The notes under the pieces: generated by a model
The model's database searches: none
What the model was told of the DNA's origin: nothing
What the model saw: the letters and a program-made list of their open reading frames with translations, nothing else
Assembly (NCBI GenBank): GCA_963705305.1
Contig: OY970067.1
Span: 4,768,001 to 4,832,000 of the forward strand
From: an uncultured Methylomirabilota bacterium
GTDB taxonomy: Bacteria > Methylomirabilota > Methylomirabilia > Methylomirabilales > 2-02-FULL-66-22
Direction: 5' to 3'
DNA length: 64,000 nt
Shown: positions 27,369-38,132 of the stretch, piece by piece
Numbering within the stretch: the first letter of the stretch is position 1
Layout: each line of letters begins with the position of its first letter
Made by a program: the position numbers and the translations under genes

Positions 27369-27914
27369 TCACGTGGTCTGCCGTACGATCCGCCCGTGGA
27401 TCTCGGCCGTTAACGCCTCGATCCGCCGGCTCAGGTCCTGGGTAAGCTTCGTCAGCTCGGTGTTCTGTTGAAGCAGGTCCATGACCTGCGCGGCCTGCTT
27501 CATGGCCAACGCTTGCCGCTCTTCGCTCGCCGCGGCGAGCGCCTCCCGATGCATGGCGTCGGCATCGGCGTGGGCCTTGTCGCGGTCCGCCTGGCGAGTC
27601 TGGGCGAGCAGGATGAGCGGGGCGGCGTAGGCCGCTTGCAGGCTGAACGCGAGATTCAGCAGGATGAACGGGTAGACGTCGAACTGGGTGACGCCGGCCG
27701 CGTTCAGAGCGATCCAGATCCCGACGATGACAGTCTGAGCGATCAGGAAGGTGGGGGTCCCGAAGAACCGGGCGAAGGATTCGGCCTTCAGGCCGAACCA
27801 GTCGCCGCCGAAGACCGGGGCCAGGTGGGCGAGCTGGGCGTGAAACCGGAAGTGGTGGCGCGCCTCGTCGGACGACTCTCGAAGCAGCTTCGGGGTCGGT
27901 GTCTGCGTTCCCAT
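27369..27914 (-). CDS. DUF1003 family membrane protein
   Basis: FDVYPFILLNLAFSLQAAYAAPLILLAQTRQADRD signature. Confidence 0.9.
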   Translation of the reverse strand: MGTQTPTPKLLRESSDEARHHFRFHAQLAHLAPVFGGDWFGLKAESFARFFGTPTFLIAQTVIVGIWIALNAAGVTQFDVYPFILLNLAFSLQAAYAAPLILLAQTRQADRDKAHADADAMHREALAAASEERQALAMKQAAQVMDLLQQNTELTKLTQDLSRRIEALTAEIHGRIVRQTT

Positions 27915-28338
27915 GATTCCTCCTCTGATGGGTGTCTGCTGCTTTGCGAATGTTGAAGCGCGCGCGCAGTGATTGAAGACGATCTTGCATGGATTTGTCA
28001 ATACTGGAACCCCGATGGCAACCGGATTGTCGCCTTGGGATACTCCTTGCCCGCCTTCACCGCGCTTCTGAGGCCAAGGACGCAGCGGCGCCGGCAGGCG
28101 AAGTCGCCGATGATCCATCGATCTTGGCCGTATGGCTCTCGCCAGGAGATGTCTCCCTTTGCCTCGTCATTTCCCGACAAAGGGTGCTGCGCGCATCAAT
28201 CGGATGTTCCAGAAGAGACGGGGGACGAGAAGAGATGGGGGACGTCCCCTATTTACGGCCGGACGCGACAGCCCGATGACTGTCTGTGGGCTGAAGCCGG
28301 GGGTGCGCCGCTGGGGCCGGATCCTGCAGGCTTGAGGC

Positions 28339-28414
28339 TGGAGGCGCGGGGCGGACTCGAACCGCCGAATCGAGGTTTTGCAGACCTCTCCCTTAGCCTC
28401 TTGGGTACCGCGCC
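28339..28414 (-). tRNA. cysT: tRNA-Cys(GCA)
   Basis: GGCGCGG stem, GAGGT-CT GCA AA-ACCTC, GGTTCGAGTCC, U discriminator, CCA. Confidence 0.97.
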
Positions 28415-28423
28415 ATGGGCGCC

Positions 28424-28452
28424 ATAATAGGTCAACACAGAGGAGCCGTCAA
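28424..28452 (-). promoter_or_regulatory. sigma70 promoter of tRNA-Cys
   Basis: TTGACG-17 nt-TATTAT followed by a GC-rich discriminator. Confidence 0.75.
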
Positions 28453-28837
28453 CCCGAACCGGACGAGCCACCGCCGATCCGATGGGAAGCTATCGCGCGC
28501 CAGATCACACTTGCAGGAATGCGCCCCCTCCGGCCCGCCCCGGGACGCTGCGCCCGCGGGCGAGCCGGATCCGGTCGACGCGGCCTCGGATGAACCGAGG
28601 GGCGTACCAAGAGGCGCTCCGCGTCGCGACGTGCCCCGCTCGGGGGGCAGCGGCGCGGAGCAATGCGCGCCGGTTCTCGACGAGGCGCCAGGCGTCAGAG
28701 GGGCGGGCCGGAGGGGGCGTTCCAACGAACAGCTCTTCGTGCTCCTGTCGACCGGAATCAAGGAGCCGCCTGAAGGCCCCGTCCGGAAACCGCGAGGCAA
28801 TGGTACGCCGACCGGCCGCCCAGGATGCCCCCTCCCC

Positions 28838-29965
28838 TCAGGAGGCCTTCAACGGGTAGGCCCCATGGGCCTCGACCAGCTCCGAGATGCGCTCGACGCG
28901 CTCGATCAGCGAGGTCGGCATCACGTTGTCGGCGACCCCCAGGATGAAGGCGTCGCCGGGCGCGATGGTCCGGAAGACGCCCCGCATGTACGCCTCGAAT
29001 TCCTCCTCCGGGAACATCGGTTCCAACACGATGGAGGGCACGCCGCCGAAGATGATCACGTCGGTCCCCCAGACGGCCCGCGCCTCCCGCAGGGTCACCT
29101 CGACCATAGGGGCCGTGCAGAAGCACTCCGACATGTCGAAGCCGGCCTCCTTCACCTCCCCCAGGATCGCCTTGGAGTCGTCGTCGGCATGCCAAGCCAG
29201 GGACTTGCCCCGGGCGTGCAGGAGGGCGCTGAACTCCTTGTAGTACGGGGTGATGTAGCGGCGGAACTGCTTGGGCGGGGTCATCTGCGAGTCGAAGTGA
29301 ACCCCGTGCAGGATGAGCCGCGCCGGGGAATCGGCCACCACCGGCCAGAGGCGCTCCCGCTCCACCTGGGTCATCACGGCCAGCAGGTGCTCGAACTCCT
29401 GGGGGTGGTCCACCATCTCGAAGTAGGCCTGGTTGTAACCGGCCAGGTGCAGCAGGAAGTAATGGAACGGGCAGTCGCCGCAGGAGACCATGGGAAGGCC
29501 CTCGTCCCCCACCGCCGCGTCATAGGCCAGGTAGTCCTTGTAGCACTGATCGTAGTACGTGTGCTCGGCGACGTACTCCAGCACCCGGTAGTCCTCCACC
29601 CGCTGGATGGGATGCTCCAGGGGCAGGCCCTGGTCCGTGCGCCCCTCCAGCTCCTTGGACAGGATCCGGCCGAACACGACCTCGCCGTACGGGGTGACGA
29701 ATCGCTGGCGGAGGACGCCGGGAGCGCGCTCGGGCCGCACCTCCAGCCCTTCGTACCGCGTCGTGAACACCCGGCCCTCCCGCGCGGGATTCCCCGTGCG
29801 CAGGATGCGGGAGATCTCGAGCAGGCTCTTCCCCTGGAACCGGGCGGGTATGTTGCCCTCGGCCAGACGGGCCTCGTACCAGAGGGAGAGCCGGGCGATC
29901 CAGGGAATCCGGTCGGGGCTCCGGCGGTCCAGCACGGCCAGGATGCGCTCGCGGTTGGTCATCAT
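28838..29965 (-). CDS. Uroporphyrinogen decarboxylase/cobalamin methyltransferase (MtaA/CmuA) superfamily protein
   Basis: MTNRERILAVL...PDRIPW start, PYYKE, WHADD, IIFGGVP, FILGVADNV. Confidence 0.8.
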   Translation of the reverse strand: MMTNRERILAVLDRRSPDRIPWIARLSLWYEARLAEGNIPARFQGKSLLEISRILRTGNPAREGRVFTTRYEGLEVRPERAPGVLRQRFVTPYGEVVFGRILSKELEGRTDQGLPLEHPIQRVEDYRVLEYVAEHTYYDQCYKDYLAYDAAVGDEGLPMVSCGDCPFHYFLLHLAGYNQAYFEMVDHPQEFEHLLAVMTQVERERLWPVVADSPARLILHGVHFDSQMTPPKQFRRYITPYYKEFSALLHARGKSLAWHADDDSKAILGEVKEAGFDMSECFCTAPMVEVTLREARAVWGTDVIIFGGVPSIVLEPMFPEEEFEAYMRGVFRTIAPGDAFILGVADNVMPTSLIERVERISELVEAHGAYPLKAS

Positions 29966-30060
29966 TGACACCTTGGCGGTGAGATGCGTTTGGGATCGGG
30001 TTGGTCCTTGAGACCGACTTGCCGCACTGCCTTGCACCCCGCCGGCGCGGCGGAAAGCCG

Positions 30061-30861
30061 CTACAGATAGATTTCGGGCTCTCGGCGCGTCCGGCAATTC
30101 TGGGTCAATCGGTCCGCGATCTGGCGGATGCGCACATCCGTGACGACCCGCGCCCGCTCCGGACACGCCTTGACGCAGGCGCAGCAGGCGATGCACCGGC
30201 TCGAATCGGCGACGACCGTTTCCCCGATCGCGATGGCGCCCACCGGGCAGACGGCGACGCACGCCCCGCACATCATACAGCGCGCCGCCTCCCGCTCGAG
30301 GGAGACGTCGGCGAGGATCCGCCGCTCCTTGTACGGAATCTGCCCGGGCACCGGGAGCAATCCCGCCCCGTTCCCGGCCGGCATGCTCCGGAGCTTGTAC
30401 TGGATCCACTCGCCGAAGTCCCCCGCCAGCTCCAGGTCCTTCGGATCGGGGCGCCCGGCCGCGATTGGCGTGGCGGCGCAGGAAAACGAGTGCTCCCCGA
30501 TGAAGGCGCCAGCCGCGATCGGGCGGAATCCCCTCTCAACGGCGAGGTCGCGTAATTCCAGCAGGGCATCCTCGTACGCCCGGTTGCCGTACACGACCAC
30601 GAGCGCCGCCGGCGTCGCCTGTCCCCTGAGGCGCCGCAGGCGCTCGGCGGCCGTCGGGGGAATCCGGCCGCTGTACACCGGGGCGCCGATCAGGGCCAGG
30701 GCGTGGGGCGGCGCAACCCACCCGTCCGCACAGGCCGCCGGGGGTGTGAGATCCAGATGGTCAATCCCGACCCCGGCCATTCCCCGTGCAATCCCCTCGA
30801 GAATGGCCCGCGTGGTCCGGGTCGGAGAGAAATAGATCAGGTTTGCCGAAGTGAGATGCAT
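30061..30861 (-). CDS. Flavodoxin-like/4Fe-4S ferredoxin fusion (EFR1-like)
   Basis: YFSPTRTT, PVYSGRIP, VYGNRAYEDALLEL, two CxxCxxCxxxCP motifs. Confidence 0.88.
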   Translation of the reverse strand: MHLTSANLIYFSPTRTTRAILEGIARGMAGVGIDHLDLTPPAACADGWVAPPHALALIGAPVYSGRIPPTAAERLRRLRGQATPAALVVVYGNRAYEDALLELRDLAVERGFRPIAAGAFIGEHSFSCAATPIAAGRPDPKDLELAGDFGEWIQYKLRSMPAGNGAGLLPVPGQIPYKERRILADVSLEREAARCMMCGACVAVCPVGAIAIGETVVADSSRCIACCACVKACPERARVVTDVRIRQIADRLTQNCRTRREPEIYL

Positions 30862-31183
30862 GGCCGCTGTCCCTTGACTTGCCGGGGGGAACCGCTTCGA
30901 TGCCTCGGTGCGCGATGCGCAGTCCCTGCTCCGAACCTCGCGCTTTCCCCCTTCGTGGTTCGACGCTCGAAGGTCCCCCTGCCCTGCGTGGCGCCCTCCC
31001 GCGTCGTCTTTTCCCTGCCCAGCGATCATACATTCCAATAACAAAGGGAGCATAGAACACACGGAAACCGTGGCCCGGGATCAAACAAGGGCAATTAATG
31101 TTACGGCGTCCCCTATGACAGGTAGACCGAGCCCTTCCCTGACCCGGATGATGGTGCCGAAGTCTCCGAGGAGATGCCAGACG

Positions 31184-31624
31184 TTACCGGGGGTTCGGGT
31201 GCTCGCCGTGTGCCCGCACCAGCAGAACCGGCGCCTGGGCGTGGCGGACGACCTCCTCGGCCACACTGCCCATGACCAGACGGCTCAGCCCGCTACGGCC
31301 GTGCGTGGACATCGCCACGAGATCGACCTGGTTGAAGGCGATGTGCTCGATGATCTCCGGCGCCGCCTTGCCATACCGCACGGCATGCGAGACCTGGAGC
31401 CCCTCAGCGGCAAGCATGTGGGCCAGTGTCTCGATGTACGCCTCCGCTTCCTCGACCACCCGGACCTCCTCGTCCGTCGGGTTGGCGCCGGGGAAGACGT
31501 GGGCGAGCGCGACGCGCAACAGCAGCACCTCGGCCCCCACGGCCTTCGCCAATGCCTTCGCCGACGGCAGGACCGCCTCGGCCAAGCTGGAGCCATCCAG
31601 GGGTACCAGGATCTTCGTGAACAT
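31184..31624 (-). CDS. Universal stress protein
   Basis: KILVPLDGS...DLVAMSTHGRSGLSRLVMGSVAEEVVRHA. Confidence 0.93.
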   Translation of the reverse strand: MFTKILVPLDGSSLAEAVLPSAKALAKAVGAEVLLLRVALAHVFPGANPTDEEVRVVEEAEAYIETLAHMLAAEGLQVSHAVRYGKAAPEIIEHIAFNQVDLVAMSTHGRSGLSRLVMGSVAEEVVRHAQAPVLLVRAHGEHPNPR

Positions 31625-32139
31625 TGCCCGCACCTCCTCCCGGGAGTATCTTGAACCCCGGGCCTCTTCCAGACTTCGGATCGCCCCCCGCTGGCCCGGG
31701 CGACCCCGGGCCGCCGGGCCGGGCGCCGGACCCGCATAGCCGGGTTTCCCCTTTCCCCTCCGATTGGTGCAAGAATCCTATTTCCTCCCGTCCCCTGTCA
31801 AGGTGTCACTGAGGGGACGTTGCTTCCTTATTCTCCTTGTTCCTTAGGCAAAGGGCACAGGGCAAAGGGCAGAGGAGGGTTCCGGACCTCAGGCCAAGAT
31901 CGCCAAGCTCGCCGAGAAGAATGTCACTGTTGTTTCAGATTCCCGTTCCGAACTTATCCCTGCCCTACTTTGCACCCTTTGCGTGCTTGGCGTGAGACAG
32001 ACCTATCGTGGGGCCGGCAGGAGGAAGACGGCAAACCCAGTAGGCAGTAGGCGGAAGGCACGGGGAGGTGGGCAGCCGGGGAGGCCGAAAAGAAACCGGG
32101 ATTGCAGGCCGTTCGCCTACAATCCCGGATGTCACTTCG

Positions 32140-32215
32140 TGGAGCGGGAAACGGGATTCGAACCCGCGACCCCAACCTTGGCAAGGTTGTGCTCTACCAA
32201 CTGAGCTATTCCCGC
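32140..32215 (-). tRNA. glyW: tRNA-Gly(GCC)
   Basis: GCGGGAATAGCTCAGTTGGTAGAGC...CCTTGCCAAGG...GGTTCGAATCCC...TCCA. Confidence 0.98.
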
Positions 32216-32226
32216 GAAACGCCGTC

Positions 32227-32256
32227 AAGATACCAAGAGAGGGCGGGAATTGTCAA
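32227..32256 (-). promoter_or_regulatory. sigma70 promoter of tRNA-Gly
   Basis: TTGACA-18 nt-TATCTT with an extended TG. Confidence 0.7.
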
Positions 32257-32341
32257 CGCAAAAGCCGGGCGGATTTGCTGGGGCGCGCCGCCGGTGACCG
32301 TACGGGGGGCTGGCCAGGCTCGCTCCGCGCGCGAGCGCAGG

Positions 32342-33403
32342 TCACGTTGCGAGCCCCATGCGCTCGAGCACCTGCGCCACATCCGCCTCCACGCTCTGGG
32401 GCACGGGCGATCGCTTCACGGCCGTGTCCGGATCTTTGAGGCCGTGGCCGGTGAGGATGCAGACGACCCGGTCGCCGCCCGCGAACCCCTGCTCCTTCGC
32501 CCACCTGACGAAACCCGCCACGCCGGCCGCCGAGGCCGGCTCGCAGAAGACCCCCTCCAGGCGCGCCAGCAGCTCGTAGGCCTCCAGGATCTCTTCGTCG
32601 GAGACCATGTCAATGGCCCCCTGGGACTCCCGGACCGCGTCCAGCGCCCCCTGCCAGCTGGCCGGGTTGCCGATCCGGATGGCGGAGGCGACGGTCTCGG
32701 GCCGCTCCACGATCCACCCCCGGACGATGGGGGCGGCCCCCTCCGCCTGCCATCCGATCATCCGCGGCAGCCGTGCGATCCTGCCGGCCTGACGGTACTC
32801 CCGGTATCCCCGCCAGTAGGCCGTGATGTTCCCGGCGTTGCCCACCGGCATGAACTGGTGGCTGGGCACGTCCTCCAGCTGCTCGCAGATTTCGAAGGCC
32901 CCCGTCTTCTGGCCCTCCAGCCGGTCGGGATTGACGGAGTTCACCAGCACGATGGGATGGCTGCCGGAGATCTCCCGCACCAGCTTCAGCGCATCGTCGA
33001 AGTTTCCCCGAATCTGTAGGACCTGGGCGCCGTGGATCATGGCCTGGGCCAGCTTCCCCAGGGCGATCTTGCCCTCCGGGATCAAGACGAAGGCCCGCAT
33101 GCCGGCCCGCGCGGCGTACGCCGCGGCGGAGGCAGAGGTGTTCCCGGTGGAGGCGCAGATGACCGCCCGGGCGCCCCGCTCCGCCGCCTTGCTGATCGCC
33201 AGGGTCATGCCTCGATCCTTGAAGGAGCCAGTCGGGTTCAGGCCTTCGTACTTCAAGTACACCTCGCACCCCACCCCCAGGTGCCGGCGCAGGCGGTCGG
33301 CGCGGATGAGAGGCGTGTTCCCCTCGTTGAGGGTGATGACGGGCGTGGACGCCACCACGGGGAGAAACTCGCGATAGCGATGGATGAGGCCCTGCCAGGA
33401 CAT
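32342..33403 (-). CDS. thrC: Threonine synthase
   Basis: EGLNPTGSFKDRGM, CASTGNTSASAAAYA, PVGNAGNI. Confidence 0.97.
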   Translation of the reverse strand: MSWQGLIHRYREFLPVVASTPVITLNEGNTPLIRADRLRRHLGVGCEVYLKYEGLNPTGSFKDRGMTLAISKAAERGARAVICASTGNTSASAAAYAARAGMRAFVLIPEGKIALGKLAQAMIHGAQVLQIRGNFDDALKLVREISGSHPIVLVNSVNPDRLEGQKTGAFEICEQLEDVPSHQFMPVGNAGNITAYWRGYREYRQAGRIARLPRMIGWQAEGAAPIVRGWIVERPETVASAIRIGNPASWQGALDAVRESQGAIDMVSDEEILEAYELLARLEGVFCEPASAAGVAGFVRWAKEQGFAGGDRVVCILTGHGLKDPDTAVKRSPVPQSVEADVAQVLERMGLAT

Positions 33404-33452
33404 GTCGGCCCTCGCCCTTCGGTCAGAAGTCAATGGTCGGTAGTCAGTGGTC

Positions 33453-34751
33453 CTACTCTTCGACCCCTTCGACCCGGTAGCACACGGTGTCCTGCGCCAC
33501 CACATCCAGATGACTGATGCGCTTGAGCGCCTTCTGCATGTCCCCCTCCGTCGCCTCGTGCGTGAGCATGACGACGGGGACGGCCGCCTGTTCGGCCCGC
33601 CCCTTCTGGAGCATGGAGGCGATGCTGATGTTGTGCTCACCCAGGATGCCCGACACGGCCGAGAGCACTCCCGGCTTGTCCACGGCCATGACCCGCAGGT
33701 AGTGGCGGCTCCGGATCCGCTCCATGGGCCGGATCGAGATCCCCTCGCCCATGGCCGCGGTCGGCAGCAGCGACGCCCGCGAGGGACGGTGGAAGATGAT
33801 GTTGTGGGCGATCTCCACGATGTCGGCCACCACCGAGGAGGCCGTGGGCATCTGCCCGGCGCCTCGCCCGGAGAACATCAGCGAGCCAGCCGAGTCGCCG
33901 CGGATGTGGACCGCGTTGTAGACGCCGCCGACCGATGCCAGCAGGTGAGTATCGGGGATCATGGTGGGATGCACCCGGACCTCCAGCTCGCCCTGGTCCT
34001 CCTTGGCGATGGCCAAAAGCTTGATGCGATACCCCAGCTCCCGGGCGAAGCCGATGTCCACCACGTCCACTTTCTGAATCCCCTCGATGTAGATATCCGA
34101 GAACCGCACGTAGCCGTTGTACGCCAGCGAGGCGAGGATCTGCAGCTTGTGCGCCGCATCCAGCCCGCCCACGTCCAGCGTCGGGTCGGCCTCGGCGTAG
34201 CCCTTGGCCTGCGCCTCCTGCAGCACCTCGGCGAACCCCTGGCCGCTGTCGGTCATCTTGGTGAGGATGTAGTTGGTGGTGCCGTTGACGATCCCCATGA
34301 TGGACTCGATCTGGTTCGCCACCAACCCCTCGCGGACGGCGCGGATGATGGGAATGGCCCCGCAGACGCTGGCCTCGAATCCGAGGTCCACGCGCCTGGC
34401 TGCCGCCGCCTGGTAGATCTCCAGCCCGTGCTCGGCCAGCAGGGCCTTGTTGGCGGTGACCAGGTGCTTTCCCTTCGTCACCGCCTCCAGGCAGAGGGTG
34501 CGGGCCACGGTCGTCCCTCCGATCAGCTCGACCACGATGTCCACCTGGGGATCGTTGATCACCTGCATCGCGTCACTCGTGAGCAGCCTGGGATCCACGG
34601 GCACCCGCGGGGTCCCGATCTCGGCGATCCATTTGATGCGGAGCCGTGCCCCCGCGCGCCGATCCAGCAGGGCCGAGTGCTCCTGCAAGAGTTTCACCAC
34701 TCCCGACCCGATCGTTCCCAGACCCAGTACGCCGACAGTGATCGTTTTCAT
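33453..34751 (-). CDS. hom: Homoserine dehydrogenase (with ACT domain)
   Basis: GLGTIGSG, VTANKA, NGTTNYIL, GYAEADPTLDV, DKPGVL. Confidence 0.97.
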   Translation of the reverse strand: MKTITVGVLGLGTIGSGVVKLLQEHSALLDRRAGARLRIKWIAEIGTPRVPVDPRLLTSDAMQVINDPQVDIVVELIGGTTVARTLCLEAVTKGKHLVTANKALLAEHGLEIYQAAAARRVDLGFEASVCGAIPIIRAVREGLVANQIESIMGIVNGTTNYILTKMTDSGQGFAEVLQEAQAKGYAEADPTLDVGGLDAAHKLQILASLAYNGYVRFSDIYIEGIQKVDVVDIGFARELGYRIKLLAIAKEDQGELEVRVHPTMIPDTHLLASVGGVYNAVHIRGDSAGSLMFSGRGAGQMPTASSVVADIVEIAHNIIFHRPSRASLLPTAAMGEGISIRPMERIRSRHYLRVMAVDKPGVLSAVSGILGEHNISIASMLQKGRAEQAAVPVVMLTHEATEGDMQKALKRISHLDVVAQDTVCYRVEGVEE

Positions 34752-34784
34752 CCAGACGCCCCTTTTCTCTGCAATGCTCGGGCC

Positions 34785-37007
34785 TCAGCCCAGCAGGCGG
34801 GCCAGACCCGTGGACCACCGCTGATGCATGGCCGCGACGGGCAGCACCACGGCGAACCCCTGCCCCCGCATCGCCAGCCGCTCCCCGCCGACCGGCCCCA
34901 GCCGGACGCAGGGCACCCCGTGCTGTGCGGCAATCGCCTCCAGGCGCGGCCCCTCCGCCGGCGGCACGCTGACCACGATCCGGGAGGCGGACTCCCCGAA
35001 CAGGCTGGCATCCGGCCGCAGGTCGCCCGGCAGGGCCAGATCGGCCCCCCGCATCCCGTGGGGACCCGTCATGCAGCATTCCGCCAGGGCCACGGCCAGA
35101 CCCCCCTCCGCGCAGTCGTGGGCCGAGCGCAGGAGGCCGGCCCGGATGGCCGCCAGACACGCCGACTGAAGCGCCCGCTCGCGCGGCAGGTCCAGGCGTG
35201 GCGGCAGGCCCGTCTCCAGGCCGTGAACGACCTTGAGGTACTCGCTTCCACCCAGCTCCTCGCGCGTCTCGCCCAGCAGGTACACCAGGTCCCCGTCGGC
35301 CTTGAACCACTGCGTGGTCGCGTGCCGGATGTCGTCCAACAGCCCCACCATGCCGATGATGGGGGTGGGAAAGATGGCCGTGCCCAGCGTCTCGTTGTAG
35401 AAGCTGACGTTGCCGCCGGTGACGGGGGTCTCCAGCGTCCGGCAGGCGTCCGCCAACCCGCGCACCGCCTCGGCGAACTGCCACATGATCTCCGGACGCT
35501 CGGGGTTGCCGAAGTTCAGGCAGTTGGTGACGGCCAGCGGGCGGGCCCCCGCGCACACGACGTTGCGGGCCGCCTCCGCCACCGCCAGCTTCCCCCCTTC
35601 GTACGGGTCCAGATAGGTGTGGCGGCCGTTCCCGTCTGCCGCCAGGGCCAGCCCCTTGGACGTCCCCTGCACGCGCAGGACCGCGGCGTCCGACCCCGGC
35701 TCCACCACGGTGTTGCAAAACAGCATGTGGTCGTACTGCTGCCAGACCGGTCGCTTGCAGGCGATGTTGGGCGAGGCCAACAGATCGAGCAAGACCTCCT
35801 CCGGCTTGTCCGGAACGGGGAGCCGCGAGAGGTCCGCGCGCTGGGTCTCGGCCAGATAGGCGGGGCGCTGCATGGGCCGGTGGTACACCGGCCCCTCCTC
35901 GGCCAGGGGCATGGCCGGAATCTCCGCCACCACCCGGCCGTCGTCCTTCACCCGCAGCAGGCCGTCGCCCGTCACCCGCCCGATGATGACGGCATCCAGA
36001 TCCCACTTCTGGAAGATCGACATCACCTGGGCCTCGGTCCCGCGCCGGACCACCAGCAGCATCCGCTCCTGCGACTCCGACAGCATGATCTCGTACGGGA
36101 TCATGCCCGTCTCGCGCCGGGGCACTCGGGCCAGATCGATCTCGATCCCCACCCCCCCGCGGCTGGCCATCTCGCAGGAGGAGCAGGTTAGCCCGGCCGC
36201 GCCCATATCCTGGATGCCCACCACCGTCCCGGTCTGCATCAGCTCGAGGCAGGCCTCGATCAAGAGCTTCTCGCGGAACGGGTCGCCCACCTGGACGGTC
36301 GGCCGGCGCTCTTCGGAGCCCTCGTCGAAGGTCTCTGAGGCCATGGTGGCGCCGTGTATTCCGTCCCGGCCCGTCTTGGCGCCGACGTAGATGACCGGGT
36401 TCCCCTCCCCGCTGGCCCGCGCCAGGAAGATGCCCTTCGCTGGCGCCAGTCCCAGGCAGAAGACATTGACCAGGGGGTTCCCGGCATAGGTCTCGGAGAC
36501 GCACAGCTCGCCGCCCACCGTGGGAACGCCGACGGCGTTCCCGTAGCCGGCGATGCCAGCCACCACCCCTCCCACCAGGTGGCGCGCCCTGCCGTCTGTC
36601 AGGGGGCCGAAGCGCAGGGGGTCCAGCAGGGCGATGGGCCGGGCCCCCATGGTGAAGATGTCGCGGATGATACCCCCCACGCCGGTGGCGGCCCCCTGGT
36701 AAGGCTCGATGAAGGAGGGGTGATTGTGGCTCTCCATCTTGAACACGATCGCCAGTCCGTCGCCGATGTCCACCACGCCGGCGTTCTCGCCGGGCCCCTG
36801 CAGGATGCAGTCCCCCTGTGTGGGCAGGGTCTTCAGGTGGACTTTGGAGCTCTTGTAGCTGCAGTGCTCCGACCACATCACGGAGAAGATCCCCAACTCG
36901 GTGAAGTTCGGATCCCGCCCCAGAATCTGGCGGATGCGCTGGAACTCCTCCGGCGTGAGGCCGTGCTGGCCCACGAGTTCACTGGTGATCGCCTCGGGTT
37001 CGCGCAT
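34785..37007 (-). CDS. purL: FGAM synthase subunit PurL
   Basis: [41 protein letters not shown]. Confidence 0.97.
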   Translation of the reverse strand: MREPEAITSELVGQHGLTPEEFQRIRQILGRDPNFTELGIFSVMWSEHCSYKSSKVHLKTLPTQGDCILQGPGENAGVVDIGDGLAIVFKMESHNHPSFIEPYQGAATGVGGIIRDIFTMGARPIALLDPLRFGPLTDGRARHLVGGVVAGIAGYGNAVGVPTVGGELCVSETYAGNPLVNVFCLGLAPAKGIFLARASGEGNPVIYVGAKTGRDGIHGATMASETFDEGSEERRPTVQVGDPFREKLLIEACLELMQTGTVVGIQDMGAAGLTCSSCEMASRGGVGIEIDLARVPRRETGMIPYEIMLSESQERMLLVVRRGTEAQVMSIFQKWDLDAVIIGRVTGDGLLRVKDDGRVVAEIPAMPLAEEGPVYHRPMQRPAYLAETQRADLSRLPVPDKPEEVLLDLLASPNIACKRPVWQQYDHMLFCNTVVEPGSDAAVLRVQGTSKGLALAADGNGRHTYLDPYEGGKLAVAEAARNVVCAGARPLAVTNCLNFGNPERPEIMWQFAEAVRGLADACRTLETPVTGGNVSFYNETLGTAIFPTPIIGMVGLLDDIRHATTQWFKADGDLVYLLGETREELGGSEYLKVVHGLETGLPPRLDLPRERALQSACLAAIRAGLLRSAHDCAEGGLAVALAECCMTGPHGMRGADLALPGDLRPDASLFGESASRIVVSVPPAEGPRLEAIAAQHGVPCVRLGPVGGERLAMRGQGFAVVLPVAAMHQRWSTGLARLLG

Positions 37008-37072
37008 GCAGTCTCCTCGGTCCGCGCGCGGGTCGCCGGCGGATCCGCGGCATCGGTGCCGGGCCGTCCGGT

Positions 37073-37774
37073 TCAGGCCGGCAGCCGGCCCGCGGTCTCC
37101 AGGGCGGAGCGAAAGAGGGACAATCCGTCTTCGGAGCTCAGGAGGGATTCGGACGCGCGCTCCGGATGGGGCATGAGGCCCACTACGTTCTTGCCCTCGT
37201 TGCAGACTCCGGCGATGTTCTCCAGCGAGCCGTTCGGATTGGCCTCGTCCGCAACGCGGCCGTCCGGCGTGCTGTACCGGAAGACGACCTGGCCGTTGTC
37301 CGCCAGCCGGCGCAGCGTGTCGGGCGGGGCGTAGTAGCGCCCCTCGCCGTGGGAGATGGGGAGGCGCAGAACCCGGCCCGGCGAGACCGTCGCAGTGAAG
37401 GGGGTGTCCGACCGCTCCGTGCGGAGGTGGACCCACCCGCACCGGTACTGGAGCGAGCGGTTCCTGAGAAGCGCCCCCGGCAGCAGCCCGGCCTCGCACA
37501 GGATCTGGAAGCCGTTGCAGCTTCCCAGCACCGGCCCGCCCTCCTGGGCGAAGCGAATGACCGCCTCCATGATGGGCGAGAAGCGGGCGATGGCGCCGCA
37601 GCGCAGATAGTCGCCGTGGGCGAACCCGCCCGGCAGAATCAGCCAGTCGTAGCCCGCCACGGAGGTCTCCTTGTGCCAGACGTACCCCCACTCGGCCCGG
37701 CATACGTCCTGTAGGACATGGGCGAAGTCCTGATGGCTCCAGGTTCCGGGGAAGACCAGGATGCCGCACTTCAT
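37073..37774 (-). CDS. purQ: FGAM synthase glutaminase subunit PurQ
   Basis: [24 protein letters not shown]. Confidence 0.96.
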   Translation of the reverse strand: MKCGILVFPGTWSHQDFAHVLQDVCRAEWGYVWHKETSVAGYDWLILPGGFAHGDYLRCGAIARFSPIMEAVIRFAQEGGPVLGSCNGFQILCEAGLLPGALLRNRSLQYRCGWVHLRTERSDTPFTATVSPGRVLRLPISHGEGRYYAPPDTLRRLADNGQVVFRYSTPDGRVADEANPNGSLENIAGVCNEGKNVVGLMPHPERASESLLSSEDGLSLFRSALETAGRLPA

Positions 37775-38025
37775 CCGGCCACCTCGCTGATCCGGAACAC
37801 GTACTCCTCGATCACCGGGTTGGCCAGAAGCTTCCGGCACATCTCCTCCACCTGGGCGCTGGCCTTGGCGGGATCCGCCTCTTCCAGCCTCAACACCATG
37901 AACTTGCCGATCCGGCAATCCTGGACGTTCTGGAACCCGAGGTTGCGGAGGCCGCTCCGCACCGTCTCTCCCTGCGGGTCCAGGACACTCTTCTTGAGCG
38001 TCACATGAATGTGAGCTTCGAACAT
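37771..38025 (-). CDS. purS: FGAM synthase subunit PurS
   Basis: [10 protein letters not shown]...LLANPVIE. Confidence 0.96.
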   Translation of the reverse strand: MFEAHIHVTLKKSVLDPQGETVRSGLRNLGFQNVQDCRIGKFMVLRLEEADPAKASAQVEEMCRKLLANPVIEEYVFRISEVAG

Positions 38026-38132
38026 CGGTAGCCTCGCAGTGAGGGGGAAAGGGCGCCCCGGCCCTGGCCCCGTCGATCAATCACATTCCCTCTACCACAG
38101 ACCTCGTGGAGCGGCCGAGCGCCCGGGGAGGC

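Noticed and set aside
34785..37769. 994-aa ORF suggesting a PurQ-PurL fusion
   Set aside because: The extension is an alternative frame over purQ. PurQ has its own frame and stop, and PurL starts at 37007.
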